This document shows positions 29,442 through 34,785 of a DNA stretch of 64,000 nucleotides, one piece after another. Origin of the DNA: an uncultured Pseudomonadales bacterium (GTDB taxonomy: Bacteria > Pseudomonadota > Gammaproteobacteria > Pseudomonadales > Cellvibrionaceae). The notes under the pieces were generated by a model that saw nothing but the letters and a program-made list of their open reading frames with translations, searched no databases and was not told the origin of the DNA. Numbering within the stretch: position 1 is the first letter of the stretch; the number at the start of each line of letters is the position of its first letter. The translations under genes and the position numbers were made by a program. The DNA is taken from positions 22,180 through 86,179 of the forward strand of contig CANKXO010000007.1 in assembly GCA_947487765.1 (NCBI GenBank), given 5' to 3'.

Positions 29442-29593
29442 GCCTGATTAGTTCAATTGGACTTAGAGCATCCGCCTACGACAATTTTGCAGGAGCAAAA
29501 ATTGGGCGTCTATAGAGGCGATCGTGAAACGATAATGTGCAGGACGCATATTACAAACGGGAAGATGCGGGTTCGAATCCTATTCAGGTGCCA
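29442..29593 (+). tRNA. tRNA-Arg(ACG)-like gene with the four-hairpin insert in the anticodon loop
   Basis: The 5' half is canonical: GCCTGAT-TA-GTTC-AATTGGACTTA-GAGC-A-TCCGC-CTACGA. The insert follows from about 29482. The 3' part GCGGG-TTCGAAT-CCTAT-TCAGGTG-CCA has a weak T stem, and no clean 3' anticodon-stem strand was found. Confidence 0.45.
29484..29551 (+). repeat. Four-hairpin insert module, copy 2 (inside the anticodon loop of the 29442 gene)
   Basis: P1 ATTTT-GCAGGAGC-AAAAT; P2 CGTCT-ATAG-AGGCG; P3 ATCG-TGAAA-CGAT; P4 ATGTGC-AGGAC-GCATAT. Collinear with 26819-26888. Confidence 0.75.
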
Positions 29594-29601
29594 AATTTAT
29601 T

Positions 29602-29678
29602 ACTCTCGTAGCTTAATTGGATAGAGCGTCTGTCTTCGAAACAGAACGGTGTTGGTTTGATTCCAACCGAGAGTGCCA
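29602..29678 (+). tRNA. tRNA-Arg (anticodon UCG)
   Basis: Acceptor ACTCTCG/CGAGAGT, D stem GCTT/GAGC, anticodon arm TCTGT-CTTCGAA-ACAGA, T arm GTTGG-TTTGATT-CCAAC (T at position 56), then G-CCA. Confidence 0.82.
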
Positions 29679-29917
29679 ATAATTATTATTAATAAACCCG
29701 AGAATCTTTAGGTGTGGCCGTGGCAGATTGATAAATTTACCGGGAGTAAATTTAGACGCGGGAGAGAAGCGACGGCGCCCGTAGGGGTTGTAACATGGAT
29801 GTTACAAACCAATGTGCGCTTAACTTTGGCTTAAGTGCCCTTGGTTTTTGGAAAGGGGAGTTCAGGTCGCATCGGTCACCCCTAAAGGTTTTTACTAATA
29901 GAAAAGGAGGTCAAGCA

Positions 29918-30211
29918 ATGAGACTTGCTATAACGCGATCAGGTTTTTATAACGCTGATCTTTATTGCGCTGATACTCGTACAGCTAAAAGAGTGTTGCG
30001 TGAAAAAAATATTTCCATATTGGCTATCGACTATTATCTAGTTGGCCAGGGAAATGGTTGCGATATTATTGATTGGGCTAAAAGAAATGCAGTTTTGCCT
30101 AATTTTATCGTTGTTATTGAACGTAATCGCAACAAACGAGCCTTATTATCGAATACATTACGAAATATAGGTTATCGCTCTGGTGATGATACTACCTTTA
30201 TAAGGCATTAA
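29918..30211 (+). CDS. Small receiver-fold-like protein, possibly a degenerate 'cyclic-phosphate processing receiver' (cREC)-type domain
   Basis: The start was moved to the ATG at 29918, which has a strong RBS AAGGAGG. The upstream part of track ORF 29795.. overlaps a structured RNA region. The 97-aa protein contains ...ILAIDYYLVGQGNGCDIIDWAK...PNFIVVIERNRNKRA... This resembles from memory the hhhDhDLG...G.dhh.Wh...hhhHS.N layout of small REC-like proteins that accompany RtcB, but the catalytic-type residues are replaced. Confidence 0.45.
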   Translation: MRLAITRSGFYNADLYCADTRTAKRVLREKNISILAIDYYLVGQGNGCDIIDWAKRNAVLPNFIVVIERNRNKRALLSNTLRNIGYRSGDDTTFIRH

Positions 30212-30250
30212 ATTTAGTTAAAGCGACCACTATGATTAATTGAGAATAGG

Positions 30251-30814
30251 ATGATGAATATTCAAATTTTGCAGCTATCGAAGTCAGGTCACCCAATGTC
30301 TTGGGTGAACCGTGAAGAAGCCGCAACACTGTATGCAAAAAATAGGGTGTTATGGGAGCTGGGTGACGAAGTTATTCCAATTGTCGGCGGTATTAATCGC
30401 TTGGGCATTCAAAGTCGCTTCGATATGGCACCAATTATTGCTTGTGATGGTGATGTGAAACAACCTCGTTTACGACCATCGTTAAGTAATCGTATGCTGT
30501 TTCGCCGAGACGATTACCGATGCTTGTATTGTGGTGTTCAGTTTAATCACGACGGATTAACGCGGGACCATATTGTGCCGCGTATTCAAGGTGGTTTAGA
30601 TCGTTGGGAAAATGTGGTTGCTGCTTGTAAACGCTGTAATCACAGTAAGGGTGGTCGAACGCCAGAGCAGGCAGGGATCAAGCTATTGGCCATTCCATTT
30701 GTGCCGAATCCGTTTGAGTTTCTGTTTTTGGCAAATCGACATATTCTGGCTGACCAGATGGATTATCTTGCGACAAGCTTTTCGTCAAAGCGAGACTGGA
30801 AAAAAGTGGCTTAA
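30251..30814 (+). CDS. HNH endonuclease
   Basis: The HNH core is present: CLYCGVQFNHDGLTRDHIVPRIQGGLDRWENVVAACKRCNHSKGG. 187 aa. Two hairpins follow (30806-30826 and 30837-30862). Confidence 0.85.
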   Translation: MMNIQILQLSKSGHPMSWVNREEAATLYAKNRVLWELGDEVIPIVGGINRLGIQSRFDMAPIIACDGDVKQPRLRPSLSNRMLFRRDDYRCLYCGVQFNHDGLTRDHIVPRIQGGLDRWENVVAACKRCNHSKGGRTPEQAGIKLLAIPFVPNPFEFLFLANRHILADQMDYLATSFSSKRDWKKVA

Positions 30815-30991
30815 CTATTAAGCCACCCACATATTTGGAATACAGGTATTAACCTGTATTCCATACCGATGTTTATACGTATGTTGGCGAAACAGCGGCT
30901 CTGGTTCTGAATGCCAGGCTGGCACAGTCATGTTTTATGTCCTGTGTACCGATTCACTAACACGTTAAACAGTATGCTCTGAAAAAGCATA

Positions 30992-31064
30992 GTTTTTGTA
31001 GCTCATAGGGTAGAGCAATCGACTCATAATCGATGGGTAGCAGGTTCGATTCCTGCCTCAAACA
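30992..31064 (+). tRNA. tRNA with CAU anticodon (fourth CAU gene), weak acceptor stem, no encoded CCA
   Basis: D stem GCTC/GAGC, anticodon arm ATCGA-CTCATAA-TCGAT (perfect), T arm GCAGG-TTCGATT-CCTGC. The acceptor GTTTTTG/CTCAAAC pairs at only 5 of 7 positions. The 3' end is A-CAG. Confidence 0.65.
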
Positions 31065-31424
31065 CAGTCAGTTTTAATAAACTGAAGGAAAAGCCGAGAG
31101 GCTGAGGTTCGAATCCTCATTTGGTCTACTAAACCAAATATAAAACAAGAGGCTCATAGCAACGTAATGCTGTTATAGATTATGTTGCGTTGACATTAAT
31201 ACCGTTAATGATGGGTTAAGGTATTGCGTAGTAAATAATAAGTTTACCTCACTATCAACAGCTAAGGATGGTGTCCTAGGGATGGGGATAATCAAGAGTG
31301 ATTAGGTTAGTGTGGAGCAACCGCTGTATTTGTCTACCCATTACATTTAAGTTATTTACCGTACTCATGGCAAATGGGCCTCGCCATTATAGTCATTGGA
31401 AGAAATAAATAAGGGAGAATAATA

Positions 31425-32576
31425 ATGATTCTTTGGAAAACAATCGATATTGCGGAACATGAACGTGTATTACTTTATGTCCGTGATCAATTTAAACAAG
31501 TGCTAGGCCCAGGTCGGCATCGTGTCTCGACCTTGAAGGGAAAAGTTCGCCAGGAAACCTATGATATTACCGAAGTAGTATTCAGGCATCCTAAAGAAAA
31601 ATTTTTGCTGTCACACTACCCAGAAAAACTGGCAATGCACCTTGAGCAGTTTGACTTAAAAGATACTGAAGTGGGCTTGTTATATCGAAATGGCCATTTA
31701 ATGAATGTGTTGGCACCTGGTAGTTTATTTACAGTTTGGAAAGGTGTTGAGGATATTCGTGTTGACGTTATCGATATTAATAACCACTATCAGATAGAAG
31801 AGTCTTTAATTGGCTTATTGGGGCGAGGCATTAAAATTGGTCAAAGCCGAGAAGTCGTTAATGCGATTGCTTATGCAGAGGTAGTTGATGAGCATGTAGG
31901 TTTATTGCTGGTTAACGGTAAGCTAGAAAAGATCTTGCAACCGGGTAGTTACGGCTTCTGGAAATATAACCGTTCAATTGCGGTTAAAATGCTTGATCTT
32001 CGTTTACAAGCAATGGAGGTTAGTGGCCAAGAGATTCTGACCAAAGATCGCGTGAGTTTGCGTATTAACTTAACTGGTAGTTATAAAATTAAAGATCCTC
32101 AAATTGTTGCCTCTAAGGTGAATGATTACGCAGGTTTTATCTATCGTGAGTTGCAATTAAGTTTGCGAGAAATTGTAGGCACACAATCATTAGATGGATT
32201 GTTAGAAGATAAAGATGCTTTAAATTCTGTAATTACTCAGAGTACACGAGAAAAATTAGCGGAATACGGTATTCAGTTAATGAGTGTCGGGGTTAAAGAT
32301 ATTATTTTACCTGGTGAAATGAAGCAGATTCTGAATCGAGTAGTAGAGGCGCAAAAAGAGGCTGAAGCTAATTTGATTAAGCGTCGTGAGGAAACTCAGG
32401 CAATGCGTTCATTACATAATGCTGCCAAGATGATGGAAAACAACCCTGTGTTGTTACGTTTAAAGGAATTAGAAGCATTAGAAAGAGTGACTGGGAAAAT
32501 CGATAAGATTTCTGTCTATGGTGGCCTTGATAGTGTTCTTAATGACTTGGTAAAACTGGCGCCGGTCAAAACCTAA
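31425..32576 (+). CDS. SPFH/Band-7 (slipin-like) domain protein
   Basis: 383 aa. The C-terminal half is SPFH-like (...VSLRINLTGSYKIKDPQIVA...GIQLMSVGVKDIILPGEMKQILNRVVEAQKEAEANLIKRREE...). No clear N-terminal TM helix was seen. Confidence 0.8.
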   Translation: MILWKTIDIAEHERVLLYVRDQFKQVLGPGRHRVSTLKGKVRQETYDITEVVFRHPKEKFLLSHYPEKLAMHLEQFDLKDTEVGLLYRNGHLMNVLAPGSLFTVWKGVEDIRVDVIDINNHYQIEESLIGLLGRGIKIGQSREVVNAIAYAEVVDEHVGLLLVNGKLEKILQPGSYGFWKYNRSIAVKMLDLRLQAMEVSGQEILTKDRVSLRINLTGSYKIKDPQIVASKVNDYAGFIYRELQLSLREIVGTQSLDGLLEDKDALNSVITQSTREKLAEYGIQLMSVGVKDIILPGEMKQILNRVVEAQKEAEANLIKRREETQAMRSLHNAAKMMENNPVLLRLKELEALERVTGKIDKISVYGGLDSVLNDLVKLAPVKT

Positions 32577-32609
32577 AGAAAGCTGCTAGGTTATTTAGCA
32601 GCTTTCTTT
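32575..32609. terminator. Bidirectional terminator hairpin between the convergent SPFH and RT genes
   Basis: The 14-bp stem AAAGAAAGCTGCTA (32575-32588)/TAGCAGCTTTCTTT (32596-32609) is perfect, with loop GGTTATT. Confidence 0.7.
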
Positions 32610-32749
32610 GATGAGAAGTTTACCTTTTAAATGACTGTTTCATGCAATGATGAAACAATAGCAATATCGAACATCATTTGTTATTAATGAGTTAATTTTT
32701 TTATAATTGAATGCTAGGGTTGAAGTTCATAAGATGTTTTTATTGAGCG

Positions 32750-34531
32750 CTAGCGAAAAGATACAATCAAAAATATAAGTACAGCAATTGCCGCAAAAAT
32801 CATTACGCGAGCGAAGGGTTGCATAGAATCTGTATTAGATGCATCCGATAGCCATGGTGATTGAGATTCTTTCTGTTGTTGTGACTTAGTTTCTTCCTTT
32901 TTTGTTTGTTTTTTTGCGGTCGCTATTTGTTTAAGCTCTTCTGTAGTATTCTCTTTAACAGGTGGTGCTGGTGGCTCAGCTTGCCACCAGTTTTCGCGTG
33001 GTGCTTCACCGGCAGCGGCCTTTAAGCGTAAAAGTTTATTATTTAATTTGCCAATGCGACTTGGATTAACTTGATAACTGTATTTTTGTTTTAGTTGTAC
33101 TATTTGCTTTTGTAAAGGAATGCCCTTGCTAGGGTTAACCATTGCGACAAAGTTGGCGTAACCTTCTATGGAGCACAATAAATTGCTACTGCTATTGTGA
33201 GAACGATGAGCCCAGTGCTTACCCTCTAGCCCGCTTTTGTCAATTTGATGTAGTAAGGCTCTGAAGCGCTTTAAGGTCTTGCGATCAACGCTAAGGTTAT
33301 TATTCACTACCACGCCGGTCACTTCTTGTTTTTTATGCTTGCGCATAATGCGTGTTTTTTCGGGGTGAACAATAAAACCTTCATCCTTAATAATACTATG
33401 ACAACGCCACAATAGTTTTTTTACAATGCTGTCGTCAATATTCTGTGGATTAATATCATCGCCCTTGTTGGAGCTTGCCGAAAAAGTAACATCGTCAGCA
33501 TATCGCGTATAAGTAAAGCCTAATTTTTTAGCCATCCCTTGTAAGCGAGCATCCAATTTTCTACAGATGATATTGCTAATATTAGGGCTAGTTGGCGCTC
33601 CTTGCGGTAAAAAGCGCTCTCCGTTACTAACAAACCAAGACTGACTATCTAGTTCAACCTCCTGTGTATTCGCTTCGGTGCAAAGTAAGGCTAGTACTGT
33701 TGCAATGTGTTCACTGTAACCTAGAGCTTTAAACATCCCCTTAACTCTTGGATAGCTAATTGTTGGAAAGAAGTTTTTAAGGTCGAGGTTAATAACAATA
33801 TCTTTGCCTACATGAGGCGCAGCATTGGTTACGATAGAGCGCGTGCGTACAAAGCCATGAGCGGCATCATGTAATGCCAGCGGCTCTAAAATATTGGATA
33901 AAACCCAATACTGGGCAAGTTTCAACCGTGGCATAGGGGCAGATATTAGGCGAGTTCCACCGGTTTTCTTGGTCATTTGGAAGCGTTGATAATGACTAAT
34001 CGTGCAGACATCTTTTTGGTAGACTAAAAAACGTAGCTCATTAACGGTAATGCCCATGGCTCTGGCCAACATTTGGCTGTCGTGCAGTAGTGGTAACTGT
34101 TGGGCTTGGAGTTTGTCTTCATCGCTGTTAACTTTTGATAGCCCTATCGATAAACCTTCCCCTACGAAGGTAATAAATTTCTTTTGGATGTCGTACCAAT
34201 TCTTTGCTCGTTGGTATCGTGTTTCATTGCGTTCTTTACGCTTTTCTTCTCTACGAATAAGTGCTTCTTTTTTACGCTGTTTGTGTAACTCCTTTAGTGC
34301 TTGCTCTGGGTCTTGATACAATTGCTGTTGCTTTCCTAATTCACGCAGTTGCTTTTGTAACTGCCCGCGCTTTTCAATAAAGGTTTCTGTTAGTGTTGGC
34401 TGTTCACTATTTTTTGGCCAAAACCCAAGACGTTTCATCTCTGCTAAAATATAAACTTCTTTACCACCTGTTTCGCGTACGCGCTGGTAGAGTTCTTGGC
34501 GGCTTAATTTTTTAGTGCTTTCGTCAGACAT
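32750..34531 (-). CDS. Reverse transcriptase, retron/Abi-DRT-like, with N-terminal extension and C-terminal TM anchor
   Basis: RT motifs are present: NAAPH (NAxxH), INLDLKNFFPTI, LPQGAPTSP, YTRYADDVTFS, and QEVTGVVVNN (VTG). There is a ~190-aa charged N-terminal extension, a K/E/Q-rich tail, and a terminal hydrophobic helix MIFAAIAVLIFLIVSF. The RBS GGGAGA lies upstream. Confidence 0.9.
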   Translation of the reverse strand: MSDESTKKLSRQELYQRVRETGGKEVYILAEMKRLGFWPKNSEQPTLTETFIEKRGQLQKQLRELGKQQQLYQDPEQALKELHKQRKKEALIRREEKRKERNETRYQRAKNWYDIQKKFITFVGEGLSIGLSKVNSDEDKLQAQQLPLLHDSQMLARAMGITVNELRFLVYQKDVCTISHYQRFQMTKKTGGTRLISAPMPRLKLAQYWVLSNILEPLALHDAAHGFVRTRSIVTNAAPHVGKDIVINLDLKNFFPTISYPRVKGMFKALGYSEHIATVLALLCTEANTQEVELDSQSWFVSNGERFLPQGAPTSPNISNIICRKLDARLQGMAKKLGFTYTRYADDVTFSASSNKGDDINPQNIDDSIVKKLLWRCHSIIKDEGFIVHPEKTRIMRKHKKQEVTGVVVNNNLSVDRKTLKRFRALLHQIDKSGLEGKHWAHRSHNSSSNLLCSIEGYANFVAMVNPSKGIPLQKQIVQLKQKYSYQVNPSRIGKLNNKLLRLKAAAGEAPRENWWQAEPPAPPVKENTTEELKQIATAKKQTKKEETKSQQQKESQSPWLSDASNTDSMQPFARVMIFAAIAVLIFLIVSFR

Positions 34532-34689
34532 CTGCCTGTCTCCCTAATATAAATAAGGATAAATGTTGAGTGTTAAAAAAATGGATAATGATAGTTGTTA
34601 CAAGAACAAATAAAGAAGAGAAGTGCGCAAGATAAAAGGGTGCCAGCGTGCTCAATGTTTCCTTCGTAGAGCTCTTAGTACTGGATTGA

Positions 34690-34785
34690 TCAACTCGACG
34701 CGGCACGCCCCTACTATCGCTCATTGACTTCATGGAAGTCATACCGCAATAGCGATAGTAGGGGCTGTGCCGCCCTATGAAGATC
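34690..34785 (-). ncRNA. Highly structured non-coding element immediately upstream of the RT (candidate RT template or msr-msd-like RNA)
   Basis: A 22-bp interrupted inverted repeat joins GCGGCACGCCCCTACTATCGCT (34700-34721) to AGCGATAGTAGGGGCTGTGCCGC (34751-34773). It encloses a second hairpin TGACTTC-ATG-GAAGTCA (34725-34741). It lies in the 400-nt gap between the SWIM gene and the RT. Strand and ends are not determined. Confidence 0.45.

Noticed and set aside
26558-29557. Possibility that the tRNA inserts are group I introns or hammerhead ribozymes
   Set aside because: The inserts are only about 25-85 nt, far below group I size. All but one lie outside the anticodon loop. I found no CUGAUGA...GAAA hammerhead core; only isolated GAAAC strings occur. 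Other small ribozyme classes cannot be excluded by eye, so this remains open in the findings.
29795-29917. Upstream 41 codons of ORF 29795..30211
   Set aside because: This part overlaps the CATGGATG hairpin and other RNA structure. A strong RBS (AAGGAGG) precedes the internal ATG at 29918, so the shorter CDS was preferred.
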